64,000 bases of DNA from a virus (IMGVR_UViG_3300016474_000093:1417-65416); one strand, 5' to 3'. Positions 20,880-29,690 are shown, numbered from the stretch's first letter. A program made the numbers and translations. Notes: generated by a model from the letters alone, not told the origin.

Positions 20880-21075
20880 GGGGTATGTCCTCTAAGTCCT
20901 TGTTCTTATCTTTGCGATAAGCCTTGACATCCTTGCGTTTGACTGTGATGTAGTCAGGGAACGGCCACCCGTCCGTGCGAGGAACTCTGATTAAGAGTTC
21001 ACCCGCTCGTGATTCCTTAACGAAGTAGCCAACCTGACCTGTGGATTTAACAACGACCTTATCGGGCACGTTCAA
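20866..21075 (-). CDS. Hypothetical protein (SH3-like beta pattern)
   Basis: 69-aa ORF overlapping neighbours. Confidence 0.5.
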   Translation of the reverse strand: MNVPDKVVVKSTGQVGYFVKESRAGELLIRVPRTDGWPFPDYITVKRKDVKAYRKDKNKDLEDIPLAPF

Positions 21076-21487
21076 GGATCGAAATCAGACGATTTTGGAT
21101 CTCTCGTAAGATGTGCATCTCACGAGTTAGCTGACCAATTTCCTTGCCCACTTCCTCAATCTCATACTGGATCGTTGAATTGATTGCGTCTTTTTCTAAA
21201 GATTCGTATACCTTTTTAGGTACTACTACAACATCTTTTTGCTTTACGTTCTCTGGTGCTGAGGTAGCAATCGCTGACGCGTCAGCAATCATTTTTGTAA
21301 TTATGTCTTTGTGGGCTTTAAAAAAGTGCCCGTCTTTCACGACGCGACCTTGTTCCAACATACGTGATAGAACTTTATAAATCGTAGTCGGACGAACCCC
21401 TAGTTGCGCTGCAACCGTTGAGGCTTTCATACCACCAGACTTCTCCAACATCTTGATGATCTTCTCATCATATTTTGCTTTACGCAT
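21059..21487 (-). CDS. Winged-helix protein with C-terminal coiled coil
   Basis: KIIKMLEKSGGMKASTVAAQLGVRPTTIYKVLSRMLEQGRV. Confidence 0.6.
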   Translation of the reverse strand: MRKAKYDEKIIKMLEKSGGMKASTVAAQLGVRPTTIYKVLSRMLEQGRVVKDGHFFKAHKDIITKMIADASAIATSAPENVKQKDVVVVPKKVYESLEKDAINSTIQYEIEEVGKEIGQLTREMHILREIQNRLISILERAR

Positions 21488-21779
21488 TTACTGCTCCTTT
21501 TAAATAATGGACTAAGTGAACTACATTTTCTTCATTGATAACTAAGGCTAAACCCCCGCATGACTCGATGCGTTCAAGGTTATCCAGTTGGAGTGCAGTA
21601 GGTAGTTTTCCACCTGACTTGCACTCAATACCAATAAATCTTCCTTTAAGACATACTAGAAAGTCAGGTGCGCCTGACCGACCAAACCCGCTTGTGACGG
21701 GCATGACGTAGTACGCACCAAGCGATTCCAGTACATTCTTTACGGACTTCTTGACTTTTGACTCCGGTGTGCTCGCCAA
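21480..21779 (-). CDS. VRR-NUC domain nuclease
   Basis: PESKVK...GAPDFLVC...IECKS...LPTALQ. Confidence 0.88.
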   Translation of the reverse strand: MASTPESKVKKSVKNVLESLGAYYVMPVTSGFGRSGAPDFLVCLKGRFIGIECKSGGKLPTALQLDNLERIESCGGLALVINEENVVHLVHYLKGAVNA

Positions 21780-22237
21780 TAGAATTCCTCCAAGTAAGGC
21801 AACGAAGGTTCGGTTGGTGCTAGTACAAACCTTCCATCACCACGGTTATAAACTCTGTACTCAATTACAGATAACTCATTATATTGACCTCCTTTCAAAT
21901 AAGTCAAGTCTTTTGTTGGGATGACTACAATAAAAAGTTCCGATGTGACATACCACCCTATCTCATAGAAATTACTGTTTCTAGGATGGTCATACATGCT
22001 CGTCACAGATATAAAGTCTATGTTCGCATCTGGCGATTCCTGACCCGCACGTATCATGGTTATCAACGATTTAATATTGTCTGGTAGAGTCTCTGGGGTA
22101 AAGATACGTACCATCCTGTCTCCGACATAGACTTCATACTTCCCATTGATAAACGCTACAGGCACACGATGATGATCAGGCATAGTCGCATGTTGTATCG
22201 GCGCTAGTCTGGTTCTAATATCCTGCGGGTTTCTCAT
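21740..22237 (-). CDS. Hypothetical protein
   Basis: Likely start MRNPQD at 22237; the track start lies inside the upstream gene. Confidence 0.6.
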   Translation of the reverse strand: MRNPQDIRTRLAPIQHATMPDHHRVPVAFINGKYEVYVGDRMVRIFTPETLPDNIKSLITMIRAGQESPDANIDFISVTSMYDHPRNSNFYEIGWYVTSELFIVVIPTKDLTYLKGGQYNELSVIEYRVYNRGDGRFVLAPTEPSLPYLEEFYWRAHRSQKSRSP

Positions 22238-23195
22238 CTGATGGCCCCTTTGCAATGAGAACGAAAGCATCTCTTTTAGTGACATTGTGATTGTCATACC
22301 GAGTCACAATGTCATAGTTCTCAAAAAAGTTGTCCGTCAGGGGAAACATCTTACTGATAGGTTGAGTTTCTTCCGCTGATTCATATTTCCTCAACTCATT
22401 CTCTGCGCCTACACGCCACATGCTTAACAACGAAGCTGCGTTGATAGGTAAGTCAGTAACATCATTGACGATGCGCCAGTCCTCAACAGGTACATACATC
22501 ATGTGCATACCCGCCGCAGTACTTATCTCTGCTTTACGCACCTCGGCAAAGACTGCGGGGGATCGTTCTGACAAGTAGATTACATAGGCATTGTCGAAGT
22601 ACGTGAGCCGCTCATTAAGCGCACTACGCTTGGTGTCTCGATCCATAAGTTTGACCATCCCCTCCTTGCATATATTAAATACTTGCTGAGAAATTGGATC
22701 TCCGTTAATGATATGCCGTGTGATGTTTTCACAGTCCTTTGTATCTAAATTTAAGTAGTAACCACCGTCAATACCTTTAGCCAGTTTGTTACGAACATGA
22801 CTCTTAGTTTTTTCGTATATATGCGGCAGGTTGCCGTACAGCTCATTTAGCTTAGGCTTGAAGGCTGGCACTTCCTTCTTGAGTTGTATCATCAACATCT
22901 TCAGCGATCTGGACTTGCGTGTCATCCTACTAAGCTCGCCTCGACCCTTCTCCTTCTTGATCTTATTGTGTGCGACGTTGTAGCAGACATGTACACCATC
23001 GAAATGATTGACAGTCTCAACAAACGCCAAGCCAAACAACATGCCGTTCGGATAGATAAGCGACATGCTGTCGAATCTGTAGTTGTACGGATACACACCA
23101 TAGACGGCATGTAGCTCAGACACCAAGCGAGTAAGGTGGTCTGACTCGCGTATAAATTTCTCAGCTTCAGGCTGTATGAATCGGTAAATTGACAT
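22215..23195 (-). CDS. Hypothetical protein (326 aa)
   Basis: Long ORF with AGGAG RBS. Confidence 0.7.
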   Translation of the reverse strand: MSIYRFIQPEAEKFIRESDHLTRLVSELHAVYGVYPYNYRFDSMSLIYPNGMLFGLAFVETVNHFDGVHVCYNVAHNKIKKEKGRGELSRMTRKSRSLKMLMIQLKKEVPAFKPKLNELYGNLPHIYEKTKSHVRNKLAKGIDGGYYLNLDTKDCENITRHIINGDPISQQVFNICKEGMVKLMDRDTKRSALNERLTYFDNAYVIYLSERSPAVFAEVRKAEISTAAGMHMMYVPVEDWRIVNDVTDLPINAASLLSMWRVGAENELRKYESAEETQPISKMFPLTDNFFENYDIVTRYDNHNVTKRDAFVLIAKGPSDEKPAGY

Positions 23196-23197
23196 GA

Positions 23198-24205
23198 TTA
23201 GTTCTCCTGTTTATCTGTGTGAATGACATACCCCCAGTTGCCTGATGGTATGGGTTTACCTGCTTCAATGGTTTCTATCTTGAACGCTTGCTCTTGCTCA
23301 TAAATTTCATCCAAGATAGATTTTTTAGCTCTGTCAAAGAATTTACTTCTATGGTTATCAATCAGCTCGTACAGACGGTTCGGACGATGTCTATAATTCC
23401 AAGGTACGCAGCTCATCTCGACTCTTCTCACGACGCGTGAGTACATGTCGTTGTTACCCAAGTTGTAGTTAATAGTTGAACTCAATCCAAAGGTCATATC
23501 TTCAACAATGTTCTGAGCACTTGCGGCCATGAAGAACCCCCTTGCGGCCTTGAACTCATCTTCGTATTTCTTCCGTATCAACTTCGTGAGATTTGTATCA
23601 AGACGTTTTACGTTAACGTAATAGTTGCAAGACTCATGCAGTCTCAGATCATTCAGATAAACACGTAGGCCAGGAAAGACTGGATGGACGACGCTACCGT
23701 TTTTCCCAAGCTGTGAATATCTTCTAAATGATATGTTAGTAAGTACCACCCCACCCCTACGTGAACTACTAAATAAACAAAACGACGGAAACAAACGATT
23801 GAGCATCGCTTGATCACCGAAGTATGGTTTCGATGCAAACGTAAAGCTGTCGTCTGTATGCACGTAGCCAAGCACCTGTTCATTGAGCTTGATCGTGACC
23901 GTGCCCTTGTTCTCGACGTAGTAGCGGCGACGACCATAACGACGATGGCCTAGCGGAAACTCTTTGCCACCCGAACCAGCGTAGGGTTTGTTCACCACTG
24001 TTTCTAGGCGTGGAGTTTCGTTTTGGTAAAAATATCTTCTGACTTGGGTTTCAAAAGACGGGTTTACAAAGTCCGCGTGTGATACACGCGGAAAGACATC
24101 TGCGTAGTTCATAGTTTCTCCTGGTTTAATACGACTATATTTCAGGCCGAATAACTTGTTCAGCCCAGGTAAAAGTTGTTTCAGTAATTGCTTTCTAGTA
24201 ATCAT
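23198..24205 (-). CDS. Hypothetical protein carrying an N-terminal major-capsid-protein mimic; second start at 24112
   Basis: First 25 aa match the MCP N-terminus (18/24 identical); an internal AGGAG-N5-ATG (MNYADVF) follows at codon 32. Confidence 0.75.
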   Translation of the reverse strand: MITRKQLLKQLLPGLNKLFGLKYSRIKPGETMNYADVFPRVSHADFVNPSFETQVRRYFYQNETPRLETVVNKPYAGSGGKEFPLGHRRYGRRRYYVENKGTVTIKLNEQVLGYVHTDDSFTFASKPYFGDQAMLNRLFPSFCLFSSSRRGGVVLTNISFRRYSQLGKNGSVVHPVFPGLRVYLNDLRLHESCNYYVNVKRLDTNLTKLIRKKYEDEFKAARGFFMAASAQNIVEDMTFGLSSTINYNLGNNDMYSRVVRRVEMSCVPWNYRHRPNRLYELIDNHRSKFFDRAKKSILDEIYEQEQAFKIETIEAGKPIPSGNWGYVIHTDKQEN

Positions 24206-25467
24206 TTGTCCATGAAAACTTTCTTACCTGTTGGTACGGTCAAATGTTTGTTCTGTGTGATCACCCACAGCAATGGGGCTGTGTGAGTCCATCTGATGTT
24301 GGATTCGACATGACCATCGGTGAAGAGGATGACGCACTCGGCATTGATGTTTTCCTTAACTAGGTATTCACTGACGCATGAAACTCTAGTACCGCCGCCA
24401 CCCTTGGGCTTGAGCATGTGCTGAAGTCCTGCATAGTTTCCCTGAAACACTTGTTCGCCATGCGTTTCTGCATCCCACCAGATAACTCTGACTTTCTCCG
24501 GCTCGACTGTTTCGCAGATAGAGACCAGTTCTGTAGCGAACGCGTTCAGCTCCTCCCCACCTATCGACCCGCTCGTGTCGATACCGACCACGATCTCACC
24601 GACAGTCTCACCCATTGCGACTGGGATATAAATATCGTTTGCGACCATGCGACGGTTGTACCTACGCCAAGAATATTCTTGCTTACCTACGCAGATAGAG
24701 CTGACGAACTCTCGCAAGACTTCCTTCCAGTCGATCTTGGGGTCAAGCAAGTTGTCGATGTGTCGTGGTTTGTCCCCGCCAAGTATCCCTGCAAGGATGC
24801 CGCCTTGACGCAACGCACCATCGATCTTCTCGCCTAGCTTCTTGATCTCCTCTTCGCTCAACTTCTTGAAGTCATGCTCGTCCATTGTCTTTTTGTAGTT
24901 GCGGAGCATGTCATCGATGTCAGTCGGCTCGCGGTTGTTGTTGCCCTTGAGTTGGCCTTCATCGTCAGGTGAACCGCTATCTTGCCCACCCTCGTCACCT
25001 TGCCCGCCGCCTTGCTCTTTCTCTTTGTCTATCCTCTGTTGTTCTTTCTTCAGATAGTCATAGACTTGCGTGACACTCCAGTCACGGAACATAGGATTCC
25101 ACAGCCAGCCTTCCCCGATCTGAATGTCTGGTGTGTTCCAACGTACGATGATGTCATTGACGACAAAGTCTGCGGCATAGTTCGCAAGCCTACTATCCTC
25201 TCTGAATATGTGCGTGTAGTGACTAAGGTGACGCAGGTACTTGTGACCAACCTCGTGCATGATCGTCGCACGGAGCAGTGGCTCATCGCATCTCTCAAGA
25301 TACTTCTCACCATAGACCACGTTAACGCCATCGGTGTAGGCAGTGGATACCTTCTTGTCCACTCTCGACTCACCCATCACGATGATGCCTGAGAACAGCA
25401 TCGTCTTCTCGTGTTTCATCAAGAAGATGTGGTTGCGCTTGAGCCTCTCGGCTTGAGATTCTTTCAT
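24202..25467 (-). CDS. DUF2201-like metallopeptidase plus vWA domain protein
   Basis: TAYTDG, HEVGH zinc motif, NYAADFVVND, acidic Gly-rich linker, MIDAS DTSGS, GGGGT, FTDG. Confidence 0.88.
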   Translation of the reverse strand: MKESQAERLKRNHIFLMKHEKTMLFSGIIVMGESRVDKKVSTAYTDGVNVVYGEKYLERCDEPLLRATIMHEVGHKYLRHLSHYTHIFREDSRLANYAADFVVNDIIVRWNTPDIQIGEGWLWNPMFRDWSVTQVYDYLKKEQQRIDKEKEQGGGQGDEGGQDSGSPDDEGQLKGNNNREPTDIDDMLRNYKKTMDEHDFKKLSEEEIKKLGEKIDGALRQGGILAGILGGDKPRHIDNLLDPKIDWKEVLREFVSSICVGKQEYSWRRYNRRMVANDIYIPVAMGETVGEIVVGIDTSGSIGGEELNAFATELVSICETVEPEKVRVIWWDAETHGEQVFQGNYAGLQHMLKPKGGGGTRVSCVSEYLVKENINAECVILFTDGHVESNIRWTHTAPLLWVITQNKHLTVPTGKKVFMDK

Positions 25468-25521
25468 GATATTTCTCCTGATAAAGAGGGGGCCATGCCC
25501 CCGTGAAATGCTAGTTAATTG

Positions 25522-26631
25522 CTAGCCAAGTAAGTGATGGTTAGCAATTGACCACTTGGTCACTGTCTCGTTGTAGCGAGCCAGTCGTGCCAACTTCGAG
25601 CGAAGCAAGATCACAAACCACAGCGTCTGGATCTCGACTTGCTTGATGCGATTGACAAACATCTGAAACTTGTTGAGCTTGTCCTGCGAGTCGATGTGAT
25701 CAAGAGCTTGGAAGATCATCAGCAAGAGCGGCGCAGTGTCGTTCTCGTCTGGCATCTTGATGCCCATCGGATCTCTGATGATGTTGTCAAACTTCTCAAC
25801 CTTAGACTCCATCTGTACAAACGCAGACATGTCACGGCCACCCCTCTCGCCAATCGTGCCGCACAAAAGCCCAAGCGTTACTGACTCCGGCAGCTTCGCT
25901 CTGATGATGGCATCACATTTCTCTAGTGAACGCGGCGAGACAAAAGACATCGAAGGCTTGCTCGGATGAAAGATGTACGGATTGTCCTGTTGATCTGGGT
26001 CGAGGTATGACTTCAGCATACGGGGATACACCGCTACCGTAGCCTTCACGATAGGGTGAATGTCTTTGTCCTGTGCCCATATCAACCACTCCTGCATACT
26101 CGGCTTCTGCATCTTGACGATGGTCAAGCGATTGGCAGTGTGAGCTGGCAACACATCTCCAACACCATCACTGGAGTTGTTCGACGTAGCGAACACATAC
26201 GATCCTTTGGTAAGCGGCCTGTCACCGACTGTCTTCTCCAAATACATTCTGGTGTAGATCGGTTGCAAGAGTTTGGGAACCTTCAGCGCCTCGTCGATAA
26301 GCACAACCTTGGGACGTGGGTTGTCAAGGTTAAACAGACTCGACACGTAGTACTCCATCGACTTAGTCGTATGGTTGGGTATCGCTGCGGCCAAGTCCAT
26401 CATCTCTTTGTTGGGGCCATCGATGTAGACGTAGTCGTACTTGTCATCCTCGAAATAGTCACCGACCTTGCGCCACTTGTCGCCGAACATCTCAGCTAGG
26501 CCACGCAGTATGGAAGTCTTGCCGCACCCAGGCTCAGACAAGACAAGGACAGTGTTGTGCTGACCGATAGCGGCGATAGCTTCGGTGGTCTGACTGATGG
26601 TCAGGGTTGGATAGGTTGTAATTGCAGACAT
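25522..26631 (-). CDS. MoxR-type AAA+ ATPase
   Basis: Walker A EPGCGKT, Walker B LIDE, ATSN, NRL and SPRS motifs; adjacent to a vWA gene. Confidence 0.88.
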   Translation of the reverse strand: MSAITTYPTLTISQTTEAIAAIGQHNTVLVLSEPGCGKTSILRGLAEMFGDKWRKVGDYFEDDKYDYVYIDGPNKEMMDLAAAIPNHTTKSMEYYVSSLFNLDNPRPKVVLIDEALKVPKLLQPIYTRMYLEKTVGDRPLTKGSYVFATSNNSSDGVGDVLPAHTANRLTIVKMQKPSMQEWLIWAQDKDIHPIVKATVAVYPRMLKSYLDPDQQDNPYIFHPSKPSMSFVSPRSLEKCDAIIRAKLPESVTLGLLCGTIGERGGRDMSAFVQMESKVEKFDNIIRDPMGIKMPDENDTAPLLLMIFQALDHIDSQDKLNKFQMFVNRIKQVEIQTLWFVILLRSKLARLARYNETVTKWSIANHHLLG

Positions 26632-26712
26632 GGTATTTACCTGTGTGATTAGTGTTTAATGGATAAGTGAATTACTAAGTGTGATTTCTGTATCACCCAC
26701 GTTTTACATCTA

Positions 26713-27591
26713 TTAAAACTTCATACCGAACTTCGACAGGATGTCATCCATGCCATCTTTAACTGTAGCCTTCACAGCCTCAGAGTCACGGATATCTTCG
26801 GCGGTATAGTTCGCAAGCACCTGTCGAGCCTGCTTGCGTATCGCCTCGATCTTGGGATCTTGGATGATGTTAAATGTCGCCAAGGTGTCGATCAACTCCT
26901 TGGCCCCCTGTATCGTAGACTCGTACACCTTGGGCCTACGCTTGCCCTCTTCTGGTTCTGAACAGGCATGAGCGATCCTCTCGATGTAGTCCAACAACTG
27001 TTCGCATGATGCGGACATGATCTCGTGAATCTGCTCGTTCGCCTGTTGTGAGTAATACTGATTCATATCCTCAATGATCTCTTGAGCCACAGCACAACGG
27101 AAGTCAGCCACAGGCACAGGTGCAATGTGTAGTTTCATGCTGAAGCGATTCCGCACCTCCTGCTCAGACGGGTACAAGGTCTTGTCGAACATCGTCCCCT
27201 GACTGAAGGCCATCTGCGCCACGATTGAGGGATAGTGTGCGACAAAGTCATCTACAAGTGTGGCATGTTCAGTCTCAAGGTCACGGTACTCGGCCTTGGT
27301 CTTTTCAAGGCGAGCCATTGGCAACAGACGCTGACTGCCCGCCCAGTCGTAGCTCAGACGCTTGAGCCAGTTGTAGACTGACTGACGGTGCATGAGGATC
27401 TTCTTGTGACGGGTGTCACCGGCAAGCAGATTCTGGATGAACTTGCCCGCCTCGCGGTCAGCGTTCTTTGCTGACGTAATCTCATCAGACACAGAGCGAT
27501 CTTGTCTTGTCGCTGACCAGACTTTCACCTCCACGTTAATGAGTAATGAGGCAGTTGCCAAAGAGATTAGATAATCGGGTTTCTTAAACAT
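26713..27591 (-). CDS. DUF3150-like protein
   Basis: LINVEVKVWSATRQD...YP....RNRF.MKLH..PVP pattern; usual position upstream of the AAA/vWA pair. Confidence 0.6.
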   Translation of the reverse strand: MFKKPDYLISLATASLLINVEVKVWSATRQDRSVSDEITSAKNADREAGKFIQNLLAGDTRHKKILMHRQSVYNWLKRLSYDWAGSQRLLPMARLEKTKAEYRDLETEHATLVDDFVAHYPSIVAQMAFSQGTMFDKTLYPSEQEVRNRFSMKLHIAPVPVADFRCAVAQEIIEDMNQYYSQQANEQIHEIMSASCEQLLDYIERIAHACSEPEEGKRRPKVYESTIQGAKELIDTLATFNIIQDPKIEAIRKQARQVLANYTAEDIRDSEAVKATVKDGMDDILSKFGMKF

Positions 27592-27685
27592 GATAACTAT
27601 TCCTTACTAAAGTGTGATGATATCAAGACCAATAAGTAGAACTAAACAAATTGTAATAAAAACCATACCCCAACCAACTAGTATT

Positions 27686-27868
27686 TCACGCACTCGTTAC
27701 CTCCTTTTCATCTACAAATTTTACTTCAATATCTCCGTAAGCACTGTGAGAATTTGTAAGATACTCATCTATCATTTTATCTTCAGCAGAGTTCTTATCA
27801 TATGCCTCTACTTCTACGTGCATCTGATACGTGACTGTTACTACGCCTCTATATTTCCTTATTCCCAC
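27686..27868 (-). CDS. Small hypothetical protein
   Basis: 60-aa ORF overlapping the upstream gene. Confidence 0.5.
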   Translation of the reverse strand: MGIRKYRGVVTVTYQMHVEVEAYDKNSAEDKMIDEYLTNSHSAYGDIEVKFVDEKEVTSA

Positions 27869-28068
27869 GGTTCTCTCCTTCCATGCTCGTAGTGCGCGTT
27901 CAGCACCATCTGTACATCAAAACTGTTGCCATACATGTCCATCTTGTGTTTGATTGCATACTCAAGGGCTTCCTTCTCGGTGTCAAAGAAGCCATAGACA
28001 TTTGCGGGTTCGTGTGGGAAGTAATTGAGGATCACCCACTTGCCTGTTTCCTCGTCGTTAGTTTCCAT
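27859..28068 (-). CDS. Small hypothetical protein
   Basis: GGAGG RBS; YGFFDTEKEALEYA motif. Confidence 0.6.
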   Translation of the reverse strand: METNDEETGKWVILNYFPHEPANVYGFFDTEKEALEYAIKHKMDMYGNSFDVQMVLNAHYEHGRREPWE

Positions 28069-28087
28069 TTCATCCTCCAGTTAAATG

Positions 28088-28312
28088 TTAATCAAACTCA
28101 GCACCGTCATAACATCCGGCAAAGAAGTGCGGACCAACGAAGGCTCGCACGTAACCCACAGCCCATCTGCGGGTTGGTTTAGGACAGTCTTGTCGCCACT
28201 CTTTGTCAGCGCGTGACGTGGGCCACTCGCGCTTCGGTTTCTCCAACGCCCACGCCAGCATCTTTCGCACCGTAGTGCGTTTGTTCTTGTAAAACGTTTT
28301 CCTGATCTTCAT
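28088..28312 (-). CDS. Small basic hypothetical protein
   Basis: GGAG RBS inside the repeated junction. Confidence 0.6.
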   Translation of the reverse strand: MKIRKTFYKNKRTTVRKMLAWALEKPKREWPTSRADKEWRQDCPKPTRRWAVGYVRAFVGPHFFAGCYDGAEFD

Positions 28313-28739
28313 TTCACTCTCCAGTTAAATGTTATTTAACAAACTCGTCAGGCACGTCCACCTCGTTTGTGAACTGATCGCACAACTTGCTTGCGACATA
28401 GCACCTCATCGCGGCTAGTAGGATGGTTGGGCCTCGGCCTTCTGATGACGTCAAGCCACCGTACCTTCTGTCCTCGTGCAGAACCTCGGCAACCCATGTG
28501 CCTTCTTCTACGCCCCATGTGCCGTCCCAGCATTTGAGTTCGATTCTCTCGCGTTCGATGATTGGGCCACCTTGTGCCCATAAGGTTGAAGGCGACACGG
28601 GGTACTCCCGACCGTAGTCGTCATAGGCAAAAGGGAAAGGCAAATCGGCGCACTTCGCCACTGCCCAGTCAAGGGCAGCACCTGTTAGTTGGTTTGTCTT
28701 GATCTTCATTTCACTCTCCAGTTAAATGTTATTTAACAA
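28303..28739. repeat. Perfect 40-bp direct repeats (28303-28342, 28700-28739) flanking the DUF2591-like gene; partial third copy 28066-28090
   Basis: tgatcttcatttcactctccagttaaatgttatttaacaa occurs twice. Confidence 0.9.
28332..28709 (-). CDS. DUF2591/NinX-like protein
   Basis: LTGAALDWAVA...SPSTLWAQGGPIIERERI...GPTILLAAMRCYV. Confidence 0.8.
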   Translation of the reverse strand: MKIKTNQLTGAALDWAVAKCADLPFPFAYDDYGREYPVSPSTLWAQGGPIIERERIELKCWDGTWGVEEGTWVAEVLHEDRRYGGLTSSEGRGPTILLAAMRCYVASKLCDQFTNEVDVPDEFVK

Positions 28740-28941
28740 GGCCGCCCTTGTTGTTGAGGCCAGCAAGCAGGTCTTTGCTCGTGATGAGCATGTAGTTGGA
28801 TTTGTGCATGGGGGCAACGCACCAGAGCTTGCGGGCTTCGATGCTGTTGAGTTCGCGGCAGTCCCAGCAGAAACCGTTGAGGGTATCGACGGGGTCGAGC
28901 AGATCGTGGCCGCAGTCGCGGCAGTGCATGTAACGGATCAT
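28729..28941 (-). CDS. Small zinc-finger-like protein
   Basis: Likely start MIRYMH at 28941; CRDC...CWDC. Confidence 0.6.
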   Translation of the reverse strand: MIRYMHCRDCGHDLLDPVDTLNGFCWDCRELNSIEARKLWCVAPMHKSNYMLITSKDLLAGLNNKGGLVK

Positions 28942-29030
28942 AGTGTTTACCTGATAAGAAGTTGTGGGTGAATTCACGCGTGCGTGAATCGCTAACTACG
29001 CGACAACAAATACTGCGGTACTACATTATT

Positions 29031-29039
29031 ATTATACCA
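29031..29039 (-). promoter_or_regulatory. Extended -10 promoter for the leftward operon
   Basis: TG-G-TATAAT on the - strand upstream of the 28941 ORF. Confidence 0.55.
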
Positions 29040-29100
29040 CAATTATGTTCTAACACAAGGACTATAATTAAGTTTTTTCAGCAGAGGATTTGGGGCAAAT

Positions 29101-29460
29101 AGCGTTCCGTACGTTCCGTGAAAAAATGGGGGGGTCAGAACGTTGGAACGTTGAAATGCGAATTTGTAAGTTGTTGATTTAAATAAATAAAAAAGAGTAT
29201 ATTTATAATATATATAGTAGTAGAGGTCCACGTTCCATGTTTTTTAGGGGTAGTTCCCTTTTTGAGCAAAATTAGGCGCTGACGGGTTTTGCACTTGCCG
29301 AGGACGTTCCGATGCCCGACACGAAAACGGCCAACCCCCCTCATACCTCAAAAACATGGAACGTTGGAACGTAACCTCGTAAGTCCTTGATTCTAAAGGG
29401 TGAGTAGCGTTCTGCGTTATAAAATTCACGCGAACGTGAATCGCTAATTAGCGGAACGTA
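29101..29460. other. Probable replication origin (iteron-like repeats plus AT-rich tract)
   Basis: About 9 copies of (G)GAACGT/ACGTTC(C) in both orientations around an AT-rich stretch at about 29165-29222; no credible ORF. Confidence 0.55.
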
Positions 29461-29470
29461 AAAAAGGTAG

Positions 29471-29499
29471 TTGACAAAATTTTATTTTGTATGTATGCT
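29471..29499 (+). promoter_or_regulatory. Sigma70-type promoter with no downstream ORF
   Basis: TTGACA-N17-TATGCT. Confidence 0.5.
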
Positions 29500-29523
29500 T
29501 CGCTACGAAGCATACATACAAAA
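29485..29523. repeat. Perfect 18-bp inverted repeat with 3-nt loop
   Basis: ttttgtatgtatgcttcg-cta-cgaagcatacatacaaaa. Confidence 0.9.
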
Positions 29524-29541
29524 CCCCGAAAGGGGTTTTTT
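29520..29541. terminator. Bidirectional intrinsic terminator-like hairpin
   Basis: aaaacccc-gaaa-ggggtttttt. Confidence 0.6.
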
Positions 29542-29575
29542 CACGTCCGCGTGAAACGCTATTTAGCGGGTTGTA

Positions 29576-29643
29576 TCAATTTAAAATGAAATCTGAGATA
29601 GTTCGACGCTTCAATTTAAAATGAAATCTGAGATAGCGACGCT
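29576..29643. repeat. Tandem duplication, 35-bp period
   Basis: tcaatttaaaatgaaatctgagatag at 29576-29601 and 29611-29636, each followed by (tt)cgacgct. Confidence 0.9.
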
Positions 29644-29690
29644 CGCACAGCACGCGCACAGAAAAATAACTGGCTTCAATTGACAAGGCC

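Noticed and set aside
29043-29429. ORFs 29043..29231, 29135..29344 and 29244..29429
   Set aside because: No RBS, low-complexity translations, and overlap with the iteron/AT-rich control region.
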